The notes: generated by a model from the sequence alone, not told the origin. 59,543 nt of DNA, filler included, from Sminthopsis crassicaudata (GCF_048593235.1; 5 parts of 4 records of this genome joined end to end with filler, not necessarily neighbours in it), one strand, 5' to 3'; shown: positions 1 to 11,283, counted from the first letter of the whole stretch. Numbers and translations are program-made.

Positions 1-1255
1 TTGTGTCCTGGCTCTCCATGCCCTGGTTCCTTTGTGTCCTGGCCCTCCGTGCCCTGGTCCCTTTGTGTCCTGGCCCTCTGTGCCCTGGTCCCCAACCCTT
101 TGTGTCCCGGCCTTCTGGGTCCTGGCCCTCTGTGCCCTGGTCCCCAGCTCTCTGTATCCTGGCCTTCCATGCCCTGGTCCCCAACCCTTTGTGTCCTGGC
201 CCTCTGTGCCCTGGTCCCTGACCCTCTGTGTCCTGGCCCTCCATGCCCTAGTCCCTTTGTGTCCTGGCTCTCCATGCCCTGGTCCCTTTGTGTCCTGGCT
301 CTCCATGCCCTGGTCCCTTTGTGTCCTGGCCCTCTGTGCCCTGGTCCCTGACCCTCTGTGTCCTGGCCCTCCATGCCCTAGTCCCTTTGTGTCCTGGCTC
401 TCCATGCCCTGGTTCCTTTGTGTCCTGGCCCTCCGTGCCCTGGTCCCTTTGTGTCCTGGCCCTCTGTGCCCTGGTCCCCAACCCTTTGTGTCCCGGCCTT
501 CTGGGTCCTGGCCCTCTGTGCCCTGGTCCCCAGCTCTCTGTATCCTGGCCTTCCATGCCCTGGTCCCCAACCCTTTGTGTCCTGGCCCTCTGTGCCCTGG
601 TCCCTGACCCTCTGTGTCCTGGCCCTCCATGCCCTAGTCCCTTTGTGTCCTGGCTCTCCATGCCCTGGTCCCTTTGTGTCCTGGCCCTCTGTGCCCTGGT
701 CCCTGACCCTCTGTGTCCTGGCTCTCCATGCCCTAGTCCCTTTGTGTCCTGGCCCTCTGGGCCCTGGGCCCTGGTCCCCAGCTCTCTGTATCCTGGCCTT
801 CCATGCCCTGGTCCCCAACCCTTTGTGTCCTGGCCCTCTGTGCCCTTGTCCCCGGCCCTCTGTGTCCTGGCCCTTTGGGCCCTGGGCCCTGGCCCTCCAT
901 GCCCTGGTCCCTTTGTGTCCTGGCCCTCTGGGCCCTGGGCCCTGGTCCCCAGCTCTCTGTATCCTGGCCTTCCATGCCCTGGTCCCCGACCCTTTGTGTC
1001 CCGGCCCTCTGTGCCCTGGTCCCTGACCCTCTGTGTCCTGGCCCTCCATGCCCTAGTCCCTTTGTGTCCTGGCCCTCCGTGCCCTGGTCCCTTTGTGTCC
1101 TGGCCCTCTGTGCCCTGGTCCCCAACCCTTTGTGTCCCGGCCCTCTGTGTCCCGGCCTTCTGGGTCCTGGCCCTCTGTGTCCCGGCCCTCTGGGTCCTGG
1201 CCCTCTGGGTCCTGGCTTTCTGGGCCCTGGTCCTCTGTGTCCCGGCCCCTGGCCC
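1..1255. repeat. C/T-rich intronic minisatellite (variable ~29-36 bp units, core TGTGTCCTGGCCCTCTGTGCCCTGGTCCC) in a DGKD intron
   Basis: Near-identical units read directly from 1 to ~1255. All long ORFs here (Cys/Pro/Trp repeats) are by-products of the repeat. The ORFs at 32 and 418 start with the same ~90 aa, implying a ~386-bp higher-order duplication. Confidence 0.95.
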
Positions 1256-1393
1256 CGTGTCACAAGCCCTTGCCCAGGCTGTCTGGCAGATGACTGGGCT
1301 CTGGGTCTATCCCACAGCCTCCTTGCCCCAAAGCCCCTCCTTGGTGGGCCTGGGGCTGATTTATCCTTCCTTTCTGTCCCCCTTGTGGCCCAG

Positions 1394-1501
1394 TGTGATG
1401 GGCGCCCCATTCCACTGCCCAGCCTTCAGGGTATCGCTGTCCTCAACATCCCCAGCTATGCCGGCGGCACCAACTTCTGGGGAGGCACCAAGGAAGATGA
1501 C
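1394..1501 (+). CDS. DGKD: DGKD exon ([10 protein letters not shown]...GTKEDD)
   Basis: cag|TGT...GAC|gtaagt; 108 nt, phase 0-0. Confidence 0.96.
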
Positions 1502-4500
1502 GTAAGTGGGGGGTTCCTGCCCCTCTTGGGTCTGTGTCCCAGATCTCCTCTGAACCTTCAGGCCCTTCCTTGTCCCTGGCTGACCCCAACACCCGCCCCC
1601 TGAGAGAAGCTCCCCCCCTCCCCCCCGTAGTCCTGCCCCCACCTGCCTGGGGTTGTCTTCCCATACCTCAGCCACTCATTCCACCTCCTCCAGAGGCCCA
1701 GGGACCCCAGGATTGCTGCCAGGAGCCCCGCCCCCAGCCTTCAGTGTGAGGGAACTTCTCAACCTATTGGGGCCTTGCTCTGCAATGGTCTCTGCGGGAC
1801 GGTTTACCTCGAGGGGGGCGAGGCCATAGGGTAAGAGGGCTCCGCCTTGCTGCCTCAAGAGACCTGGCAGGCTGCCCGGAGGGAGCTCAGACAGGACCCC
1901 AATCCAGGGCAGGGCTGGCGGGGCCACACCAAGGGGTGCCTCCTGGCCCTGCCCATGGTCCCTGACCCTGCGTCCCCGCCACTTTCAGACGTTCACAGCC
2001 CCCTCCTTCGACGACAAGGTGCTGGAGGTGGTGGCCGTCTTCGGCAGCATGCAGATGGCCGTCTCCCGCGTCATCAATCTGCAGCACCACCGCATCGCCC
2101 AGGTAACACCAGCAGAACCCCGGGGCTTCTCCTAGCGAGAACGCTTTGGGTCAAAGTGCAATCCCCAAAAAAGGGGGGAAGTCACTTTGTAAGGGGATCA
2201 GTGAGACCCATAGAGCGGGATGTGAAACATGGCGCCCGAGGGGCCGCGTGAGAGCGACAGAGCTAGGCCTGGGATGGGCCAGAGCTCCCGGGGGGGGGAA
2301 CTCTCCTGCTCACTGGGCCCAGCTTGGCCTTTTGGGGTCTCAGAAGCCTCCCCCCAAATTAGGGTTGACCTTGGCTCCTGTGAAGCTGGGGGCAGAGGGG
2401 AGGAGAAGCGTCCAGCTCAGACCCCCCGCCAGGCTCCGTACCCCTGGGATGCCATGATGGGTCTCCTGCCTTGTGCTCCCCCCAGGACTGTTTGGGTGGG
2501 CTCCTCCTTCTGTGTCACAGGCACCTGAGGGTGGTATTAGGAGCCGCTGCCAGGGCCTCGGCCCCCTCCTAGGGTCCCCGGGCCCCTCTTCGGTCTGCCT
2601 GCTTTTTAATGAGAGATGCCCCGGTTTTGTGGAGAGTTGTCTCAGTTTTAAATGTTTCTAAAAGAAAATCGTGTGAATTCCGTATTAATTCAGACCAGAG
2701 ATACGTGCCCTCGGCATGTTGGCGAGAGCCGCGTGGCCGGGCGGCATGGGGGCCCCCGGGTGACCACAGGCAAGGGAGAACTAGCAGGACCTCCCCACCG
2801 GGGGAGGGGCGGGAGGCTCCCTGGCCAGCCGAGCTTGGAGACGGCCGGAAGGAGGAGCCGCGGGTCACACGCCAGGGGCTCAGAGGTCTGCGTTCTCCCC
2901 TCAGTGTCGCACGGTGAAAATCGCCATCCTGGGCGAGGAGGGCGTCCCCGTGCAGGTGGATGGAGAGGCCTGGATCCAGCCCCCCGGCTACATCCAGATT
3001 GTCCACAAGAACCGGGCGCAGACCCTAACCAGGGATCGGGTAAGGCCCCCACAGACTGGGGGGCGTCTCCTCTGGGCCCCCGCAGACTGGGGGGCATCCT
3101 CCCATCAGCATGTGTGCAGAGTCCCAGAGTGGGAGGGGCCTGGCCAGCTGGTCTCTGCCCTCTTGCTTCTCCCCCAAGAAAGGACCCTGATCTTCCCCGC
3201 GTTCTTGGGGCTTATAGACAAGGAGGGCCCGGGACGAGATGGCCGGAGGCCTGGTGGGCGGGGGGCCTGGTCTCGTCCACGAGCAGTGCTCACTGAACCC
3301 CTCGTGCCCCAGGCCTTTGAGAGCACCCTGAAATCCTGGGAAGACAAGCAGAAGTGTGAGCTGTCGCGCCCGCCCTCCTTCTCCCTGCACCCGGAGATCA
3401 TGTCCGAGGAGGAGTCCACCCAGATGCACCAGTTCGGCCAGGCGGCGGGGGCTCTCATCCACAGGTGGGCGCTGCCCTCTGCCCGCCGCCGGGCCCTGGC
3501 AGGGGCGACCCTAAACCCGAGCTTACGAGAACAAAGGCAGCGAGGAGCCCGTCGTCCTTCTGGGGAACGCCCAGGCCCCGGGCCTTGTCCCCGCCCACCC
3601 ATGCCCAGTGGTCTCCGTGTGGGCCCAGGGAGACGGGGACCTGAGAGAGGAGCGGGAGCTGCCGTGACCCGGGCTTCCACGCTCACCCTGACTCGGGCTG
3701 CCCTGGGTATCGCCTCCACCCCCGGCCCAGCCCCCCCAGTCTGGGCTGCTCTGGCCGGCAGGGAGTGCAGGGGCGTCCCCAGTCTGCCTGCGCCCAGCTC
3801 AGGCCTCACGGGGCGCCTGTGGCTCGCTCTCTGTCTCTGTCTCTCTCTTGCTATCTCTCCATGTCTCTCTCTCCCCCTAGCATCCGGGAAATAGCTCAGT
3901 CCTGCCAGGACATGGAGCAGGAGCTGGCCCACGCCGTCAACGCCAGCTCCAAATCCCTCAATCGGGTCTACGGGAAATCCAAGGCCAGCGAGGTGAGTCT
4001 GTGGCCCCGCCCGCTGCGCACCACAGCCCCCGGCCCCTCCGGCTCCTCACTGCGCTTTCCTCCGTCCCAGGGGCTGAACTGCACGTTTGTCCTGGAGATG
4101 GTGAACAACATCCGCGCCCTCCATAACGAGACGGAGCTGCTGCTCACGGGGAAGATGGCCTTGGTATGGGAGGGGGGCTCCCCGGGGCGCCCTGGGCAGG
4201 ATTGGGGACAGAAGGCTGGAAGCTCCCTCACAGCTCCTCAGCTATGGGGGGGGAGGGGGAGGAGGCTCAAGCTTGGCCAGGGGCAGAGCTCGGGGCCTAC
4301 AGGCCCTGACCCTGGGCCCAATCCCCGGGACGGCAAAGTCATTTCCCCCGCCCCTGGGCTCTGGCCGCCCTGTTACCTGAGAGGGCCCGGTCTGCCAGAG
4401 GCCTAGCAGGCCCTGACAGGGAGGCACGGGCTCTCGGCATCCCACCGGCACGGGGCTCCTGTGCTTGGCCACCTCCCCCCCAGGGCTAACGGGCGTCCTT

Positions 4501-6330
4501 CCCTCCCCCGCGGCACTGCAGCAGCTGGAGCCGCCCCACAAGGAGCAGCTCGCGGCGGCCCTGGCGGACATGGACCTGCAGCTGAGGAGGCTGGCCGACA
4601 TTCCCTGGCTGTGGCAGCTCATGGAGCCCAGTGATGACGAGGTACCGCCCCCCCCCATGGGCCAGGGGGGCCGCCCGTCACCGGTGTCCCAAAGTTCCCC
4701 CTGCTTATGACAGCAGCTGCTACCCCTCCCCCCACGGGCCGCCCGTCCCCCCGACGTCCCCGCCTGCTCTCGCCCCCCAGAATCCTGCCACGCTGGACTT
4801 CTCCAAACGCAGCCGCAGCGGCAAATTCCGCCTCGTGACCAAATTCAAAAAGGAGAAAAGCGGCAAGAACAAAGAGCTCCGCGCCGGCTCCGGCCTCCCT
4901 GGTAGCTAGCCCCCTCGGCCGCGCGCCGCCTCCCCCCGCCCCCGCTTCCCTCCCCTCGTCGGCCAGACTGCTCACTAACACTTTGTTTCCAGGCTGGACA
5001 CCCCATAGGTTGCCTCCCATGCGTGTGGTCCGAGGGGTCGTGCCCGGCCGTGCCAGGGACCCCCGAGCCAAGTGGAAAGGGGCCTCTGAGCTTCCCGCTG
5101 TGGTCTGCCTAGGGGGAGTCACGGGGCTTTGGGGCAGGGGTCCGCAAGCTTCCTTCAGGCCCTCTGCCGCTCACACCGCTTCTCTGGGGATCTGTGGCTT
5201 GCCTGAACGAATCACTGGGCCCCAGCAGGGAGGGCGCCACCACACTGGGAGAAAGTGACCCCCTGGGTGGTGAAGGTGGCCCTCGTCACATGGTGTGGCT
5301 GCCCCCCCTGCTCCTGGGCTTTGGGCAATTGGGTCGAGGGGCTTCTCTCCCGATGATTGGGGCTCTCCCGACTCCCCCTCAGCGCTCGTCCAGAGGCTGC
5401 GGTTCTGGCGGCCCGGTTCCCTCGGGTCCGCTTCTGGAGTGGCCCGAAGGCCGAACATGGCCCAGACCGGCTCTAAGCACGGGGGGCCGGGCCCGGACGA
5501 GGCGGCGCTGGGGTGGGGGTTGCGGACGGCCCGGCGCACGGGGCGGCTCTGCCTCTGCTCGGGCTCTGGGTGGCGGGGCCTCCTGCGGAGCACTCGGGCG
5601 CGGCGCGGCCTCTCTCTGGCTCTCAGCGGCTTCCGCTTTTCCGTCTCTGACAGCTCACCTCTGGGGCACGGAGGAGGTGGCCGCCTGGCTGGAGCACCTC
5701 AGCCTGTGTGAGTATAAAGAAATCTTCATCGGCCACGACATCCGGGGCCCTGAGCTGCTGCAGCTCGAGCGGAGGGATCTCAAGGTACATCCCCTGCGCC
5801 TGCCCGGGCGTCCCCGCTGGGGCTCAGGCAGCTCCTCGAGGCGGTTCCACTCGGCGGGAGGAGGAGGAGGAGGCGGCGGCCGGGCCTGCGGTCCTGGCAG
5901 CGGGGGGGGGCACCCCAGGGGCTCGCTGGCCTGGCTCTGGGCACCTAAGGCAGAGCCGGGCCGGAGCTTCCTGGCTCATGTAACACAGCAGCCCAGAGGA
6001 ACCCAGGCCTGCTGCCCGTGCCTCAGGTTGGCATGTAGGACCCAGGCCACTGGCGGTGGGTCGGGGGTCCCGGGGGCCACTGACGGGGCGGGGCACGCTG
6101 CACAGCTGACGCTTTTCCAGGTTCCTGGCGTTCTCCCCGAGCCGCGGGGGCCGGCCGAGTCCCGATGGGACCGGGCCGCTCGGGCCGGCCCTCCGACCGC
6201 TCGCCCCGGTTTCATGGCCGCTTTTCCTCTTGGCTTTCAGGACCTCGGGGTGACCAAGGTGGGCCACATGAAGAGGATCCTCCACGGAATCCGGGAGCTG
6301 AGCCGGAGCGCTCCCGTCGCCGAAGCTTAG
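1394..6330 (+). CDS. DGKD: Diacylglycerol kinase delta, 3' part (catalytic accessory domain, coiled-coil region, C-terminal SAM domain); 10 exons, 5' exons outside the window
   Basis: Exons: 1394-1501, 1989-2102, 2905-3039, 3313-3464, 3881-3992, 4071-4163, 4522-4641, 4781-4901, 5654-5784, 6241-6330. All have AG/GT boundaries with matching phases. The spliced peptide [31 protein letters not shown]...[13 protein letters not shown]...[18 protein letters not shown]...[21 protein letters not shown]...[19 protein letters not shown] matches the human DGKD C-terminus (which ends SRSAPAVEA) as I recall it. Confidence 0.97.
1989..2102 (+). CDS. DGKD: DGKD exon ([10 protein letters not shown]...HHRIAQ)
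   Basis: tttcag|ACG...CAG|gtaaca; 114 nt, phase 0-0. Confidence 0.96.
2905..3039 (+). CDS. DGKD: DGKD exon ([10 protein letters not shown]...LTRDR)
   Basis: cctcag|TGT...CGG|gtaagg; 135 nt, phase 0-0. Confidence 0.96.
3313..3464 (+). CDS. DGKD: DGKD exon ([10 protein letters not shown]...GALIH)
   Basis: ccccag|GCC...CAG|gtgggc; 152 nt, phase 0-2. Confidence 0.95.
3881..3992 (+). CDS. DGKD: DGKD exon ([10 protein letters not shown]...KASE)
   Basis: ccctag|C ATC...GAG|gtgagt; 112 nt, phase 2-0. Confidence 0.95.
4071..4163 (+). CDS. DGKD: DGKD exon ([10 protein letters not shown]...KMAL)
   Basis: tcccag|GGG...TTG|gtatgg; 93 nt, phase 0-0. Confidence 0.95.
4522..4641 (+). CDS. DGKD: DGKD exon ([10 protein letters not shown]...PSDDE)
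   Basis: ctgcag|CAG...GAG|gtaccg; 120 nt; tandem NAGNAG acceptor. Confidence 0.93.
4781..4901 (+). CDS. DGKD: DGKD exon ([26 protein letters not shown]...)
   Basis: ccccag|AAT...CCT G|gtagct; 121 nt, phase 0-1. Confidence 0.93.
5654..5784 (+). CDS. DGKD: DGKD exon, SAM domain first part
   Basis: tgacag|CT CAC...AAG|gtacat; 131 nt, phase 1-0; [24 protein letters not shown]. Confidence 0.96.
6241..6330 (+). CDS. DGKD: DGKD last coding exon, end of SAM domain and stop
   Basis: tttcag|GAC...GCT TAG; [29 protein letters not shown]. Confidence 0.96.
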   Translation, partial: DLGVTKVGHMKRILHGIRELSRSAPVAEA

Positions 6331-9300
6331 CCGGGGTCCTCGCCGCCTGCATCCGCCCCTCCTCCACCCGCTGAAGCCGCGGCGCCCCCGCCCGCAGAGC
6401 TCACGTCATGGTGCTACTCTCCCCCGTGGGCACAGCTCGCCAGCAGGGCCCCGCCCCCCACGGAGGGCTCCTCACCGCAGCTACCTTCCCGACGGCCCGG
6501 GCCCCGCGGGGGGGCGCTCCTCCGCTCCCTGCTGACAGCCCGCCTCCGGAGGAACCCCAGCTCTGGCCCCTCTGGTCCCCGTGACCCTCTCGGGGGGATC
6601 CGTGTGACCGTCCCCATTGCACAGCCCAGGATCCGAGGCCGACCCAAGGGCAGCTGGATCGTCTCCCATGAGCATCTTACAGTGCGTCCTCGGCACCTCC
6701 CCACTCCGGCGGAGCCTCCAGACCATCACACGAGCTCGGCCCCCGAGTGTGTGTGTGGAGAAGGCTCGAGGGAGCGCGCTCGCACCGGGACAGAGGGGGA
6801 GCCCCCCATGTCAGCCACGCCCCCCAGGGGCAAGCTTGGCGGCGTGGACCCCTCGAGAAGGACCCCGGCAGCCCGCCGTGAGCCGGAAGCGCTGGGGGCT
6901 CGCGCTCGACTCCATTGTGATGGGGCAGAAGCGAAGAGGCCGTCGTCCCTTGGGGGGCTCTCCGTGCCCGGCCACGTCTAACCCCGACCTAGGGTTGCTT
7001 TGCCTCCATCTTTTGTGAGACCCCCCTTTCAGGAGGGCCCGGATCACTGGGTCCCCCGGTATTGGTGGAGTGGCTTCTGCCGCCGCCCGGGGGCCCGTGA
7101 GGTCGGGGGGAGCAGAGTCCGGCCACGGAGGAGGCCACGAGGCTCAGCCAAGCTCCGCGGTCACTCCCCGTGCGGCCGGTCATCCCAGACCTGGCGTGGA
7201 ACCGGCAGACGACGAGCAGAGACCCCGACATGCTGGGCCCGGGAGGCTCTGAATGCGAGGGAGGGAGGAAGCCAGGCCCGTGGGCAGACAGCCCAGAATG
7301 CTCCACGGCCTCCATGAGCCCGAGGTGAAGCAGCCCCAGGTAGATAGGGCCGGGGTCAACGTGCCCTGGGTCCTCATTCCGCCCACCCCAAGGATCCCCT
7401 TCTGTCCTCACCTCCAGGGGCCGGAGTCCGGCTCCTCCCCAAGTGGGGAGGGAGTGCTCCAGATCCCCCCACCCGTGGCCCTTCAGTAGGTCCTTGGTCT
7501 CTGAAAGGGCCGCTCTCATTGGGCCAGAGCCCTGCGCCCGGCACCCACAGACACCCACAGACACCCCCTCCCCCTAAAAGCTCAGTTGATTTGGCCATCA
7601 GGAACGCCCCCCTTTCCCCTCCCCGCTTCATGAGCCACAGCCCGGGTCTCAGCCCCAGAGTTCTCGGGCCTCTGCGGGTCCTGGGGCACTGCAGCCGGAA
7701 ACCCACCTTGTCAGACCCACATGAGACCGAATGCCCCCCAGAGATGCTTTGGGAATCGTGGGAGTCACGCAGGAACACCCCCCATTTTGGGAGGTCCCAG
7801 GTGTGGCCGGCAGGCCTCCCGAGGCTCCGCCCCCCACCCCTGCCCACTAGGCTTTCCTGTGGTGGTCCCCCCAGCCACGCCGGCGCAGCCTGTGATTGGT
7901 CCTGGGGGCGGGGCTGAATTGGTCAGTTTTTTCTAAATCCTGCTGTGGCCAAAGGAGGTAGAACCTGAGACCCAAACCTAAGGAGGCGCCGTGGGCCCGA
8001 GAAGGAGGGAGGCCGCGGCGGGGCCCTTTGAGCTGAGGTGGCAGCCCCGGTCAGGGTCCCGGAAGGGCCGGGTCAGCTCATGGGACAGACCAGAGATTTC
8101 TAACTGAACTGGAGCCAGGCTTCCCCATCCCGCGGAGCCCCCCCAGCCCCCATCACCCCCCACACACTCCCACCGTTACGTTTCCCAGTGTCCATATCGG
8201 GAGACGCGGCCACAGAGGACCCCCTTCCGTGTCCGGATGCGCCCCAGGACGCGAGCAGGAGGGGCTTAAGCTGCCCTCGGGGCCTCTGGGAGGCAGAGAC
8301 CGGCCCACCTTCGCCCCTGGCTCTGCCTCTGAGCCCCCCTTCTAGAAGGGCCAGCTCTCCATGCCAGGTCCTCTCCCAGGCCTTCTCGGCCCTTCGTCCC
8401 AATGGCCTGGACGCTCCAGGACACCGGCCTTCTGAGGAGGCGGGCTGGGCACAGGCCGCCCCCTCCGCCTTGGGCTGTGGTGGTCCACAGAGCCCCTCCT
8501 CTGCAATTCCCAGACCCCGCCTGTCAAGCCCTTGTCCCAGCGCTTCTCCCCCCCCAACCCAGTCATCCTCTGGTTCTCCCCGGCCTGGGGCCATCTTGGA
8601 CTTGCCCAGCCATGGCCCCTCAGGCCTTGTCACGGTGACCGGGCAGGGCCTCTGGAGCCAGGACCTTGTCCTTGCCCCTCCATCCGGTCCCCCTCTTTGC
8701 TCTTGTCCCACGTGGGGTTCCAGTGTCTCTGGGCATTGTCCCGTCCCCACCGCCCCCCGGCCCCGGCTTGTGCCCCTGCCTGGGTCAGACCCGGCCCTTT
8801 CTTAGGGGGCCGGGGGGGGCGCCGAAAAAAATCAGGATTTCAAGCATCCACTTGTAACTTGGTGACGCAGCCACCTCTGAAGCCCCCTCCTCGCCCGCGG
8901 CCGCCCAGCGAGCTCCCTCCTACCTCAGCCGCTTACGGGAACCCTGCGTCCGGCGTTCTGGGCCCGCGGCTGACCTCTGACCTTCCCGGCCCTTCTCTGT
9001 GGCCAAGCTCGGCCACTAGAATACCAAAGCCATCCGGCCTCGGCCCAACCCGGCAGCCACCAGAGCCCCCCCGCCTCGGGCCCCCCCCTGAGCCAGACCT
9101 GAGCTTCCTCCCCCCTTTCCCCCAGCTCGCTCCTCTCCCCCGGCTTCTCCGAATCCCTCGTTCACCACCTCTTGGGGAGCGATGGCGGCGCCTCGTGTCC
9201 CTGCTCTTCGCTCCCGGAAAGGTGTGGCCTTGGCTAGTGTCTGACCCCCTCCCTCCTGCCTCTGACCCCCTGTCCCAAGTCACGATGGAGGGTTTGTGCT

Positions 9301-10380
9301 TTGTCCATGGCCGCCCCCTCCCCCGCAGATCTCCACCCGCTGCTGAGCCGTCCCTGCTCCGAGGGGCCGTGCCCCCCCCTGGGGAGGAGGGCCACGGGGC
9401 CCCAGAAGCTGCTGATGTCATTGTAGACACGCAAAGGGGGAGGGGAGGATGGCGAGGGATTCAGCGTCTGGTCACAGGTCCACTCTGGGCCTCTGGCTCC
9501 TCCTCTGAACTGAGGGGCTGAAGGATGGTGGGAGAGGGACATCTCCAGCCCGAGGTTTGGCCAGCGGGAGTCCAGGGAGGCAGCCTGGGAGAAGCCTGGG
9601 GAGTCTGTTCCCCAGAAGACAGGATTGGGTTCCAGAAGGGCCCGTGGGTGGCTGCAGTTCCAGCCTTTGCCTGGCACTCTGCCTGCTCCCCTGGGAGCAA
9701 CGCCCCCTCTTTACAGATGAGAAAACCGAGCTCGTCAGGTGACTCAGGTAGGGCGCCCCAACTGGAGCGTGCCCGGGTGCCAGAGGCCCTCAGAGGCTGG
9801 GGCTGCGGCGGCTCCCGGGAGGGGCCCCGGTGCGCCGTGGGCGAGGACTCCCCCTCGCCCCCTCTGCTCTGTTCGGTCCCCTGGGCCTTGTCCTCAGCTC
9901 CAGACCCCAGGCCAGGCCAGATCCCCCGGTGCCCCAGGTTTTAGAATCCATGTGGGTGGGAAGCAGGCCGAGGCTTTGCACGCGTGCACACGCACACACA
10001 CATTCACACGCCCCCCCCCCCCCCGGTTTTGCTCCATCACTAGTGACCCCCCAGCCCAACTAGAAGTTGTCACGAGCCGGAGCCCCCCTCCCCCTCCCCG
10101 AGGTCCAGCTGCTTTCTGTTGTCGTGGAGAGTGTTCTTTTCCAAGCGTCTCAGCCGTGGTCGAAACAAAATGGACGCATGTTTACATCGAGTCGCGTGGG
10201 TCCCCCTTCAGCGCTTGTGTGTCCCGTAAACAGCGAGCGTCTCCTGCAGAGGCCGGCAGCGGCCCAGCGGCTTTCGGGGTCCGCGCGGTCTGGGGCGCCC
10301 GTGGCGGCGACCTCTCCTCGGGAGCCCCGAGCATCTCAGAGCCGAGGTTTCGTGCCTTAGCTTGGGGCCCCCACCCCCTC

Positions 10381-10500
10381 CTATTTATTACCTTAATTTA
10401 TACGGCGAGCCCACGCCGAGCCGCGCCTCTGGATGTTTGTGTACATAGCCCCCTCCCCTCCCCCGCTTGTTGTACATAAGTCGGTCTTGTATATAAAGGA
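10381..10500 (+). terminator. Probable DGKD 3' UTR end: AU-rich island with three TGTAHATA elements and a variant poly(A) signal TATAAA
   Basis: TGTACATA at 10440-10447 and 10471-10478, TGTATATA at 10488-10495, TATAAA at 10492-10497. I saw no AATAAA on + between the stop (6330) and here. Confidence 0.5.
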
Positions 10501-11243
10501 AGCTCGTTTTCCACCCTCCGCTGCCTGAGCCTTTGTCTTTTTCCAGCCCTTTGGGCCACGGCGGGGGGGGGGGGTGCCCAGGTCTGGAGGGTACAAGGGT
10601 GGCAGGGGGCAACAGGTGCTGGGACCAAAGCCCAAGACCACCCGGCTCATTTCCTGGAGCGGAAGGCCAGGGCTGGCTCACGGGCCCAGGTCTGAGCAAG
10701 GGGGAGCCAGAGGCACGGAGGTGGAACCCGAGAGGATCCGGGGGGTTAGAAGGTTCCCCGCTGCTGGAGGGATTTTGTCAGCGAGAGGACCAGAAGGAAG
10801 CCGCCACCACTTCTAAGAGTAGGGGGATGGCCCAGTCGGAGCCGCTCTTAGCCACCAGCAGAGCAGGGGGGATTGGAGGCAAGGAGGCCCATTTGGAGGC
10901 TCCTGGAACAATGGTGGCAAGAGCTTGAATTGGGGTGGGGGCTGTGGATGCAGAGGGAATGGGATGAGCGAGGGTGTGGAGGCAGAAATGGTGGATTTGT
11001 CCGGCCGGGGACTACAGCTCAGGAGAGCCTCCCCTCCCCTCCCCACTCCCCCCAAGCCTGCCTCATTCTGGACCTTGACCTCGGACTCCTGACCCTCCCC
11101 CTCAGTAACAGGCCGGCTAACGGCCCGGCAAGGGCAGCCTGGGACTGTGCCCTCTGTGATGGAAACCCAGGCCGAGGAGGCCGTGGCAAAGGGCAGAGAG
11201 AAGGCGCCGGAGCTCGAGGGATCGGGACCGGGATTCTGGGCTC

Positions 11244-11249
11244 TTTATT
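11244..11249 (-). terminator. AATAAA poly(A) signal of the methyltransferase gene
   Basis: TTTATT on +, about 35 nt downstream of the TGA at 11286-11284 on the minus strand. Confidence 0.6.
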
Positions 11250-11283
11250 GGGTTTGGAACCGGGTCCAGAACAGGAGTTGGGC

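Noticed and set aside
1-1603. Long Cys/Pro/Trp-rich and Gly/Arg-rich ORFs (up to 405 aa)
   Set aside because: These are translations of the intronic minisatellite; only 1394-1501 is a real DGKD exon.
1394-6330. Possibility that the kinase is DGKH or DGKK
   Set aside because: The C-terminal peptide ([21 protein letters not shown] domain, SRSAPVAEA) matches DGKD; DGKK lacks the SAM domain. The EPRAPS repeat at 21 kb is unrelated to the DGKK EPAP repeats.
6331-11280. Many 100-330 aa ORFs on both strands
   Set aside because: The sequence is very GC-rich and stop-poor 3' UTR or intergenic DNA. The peptides are Pro/Gly/Arg-rich with no domains and no coherent splice structure.
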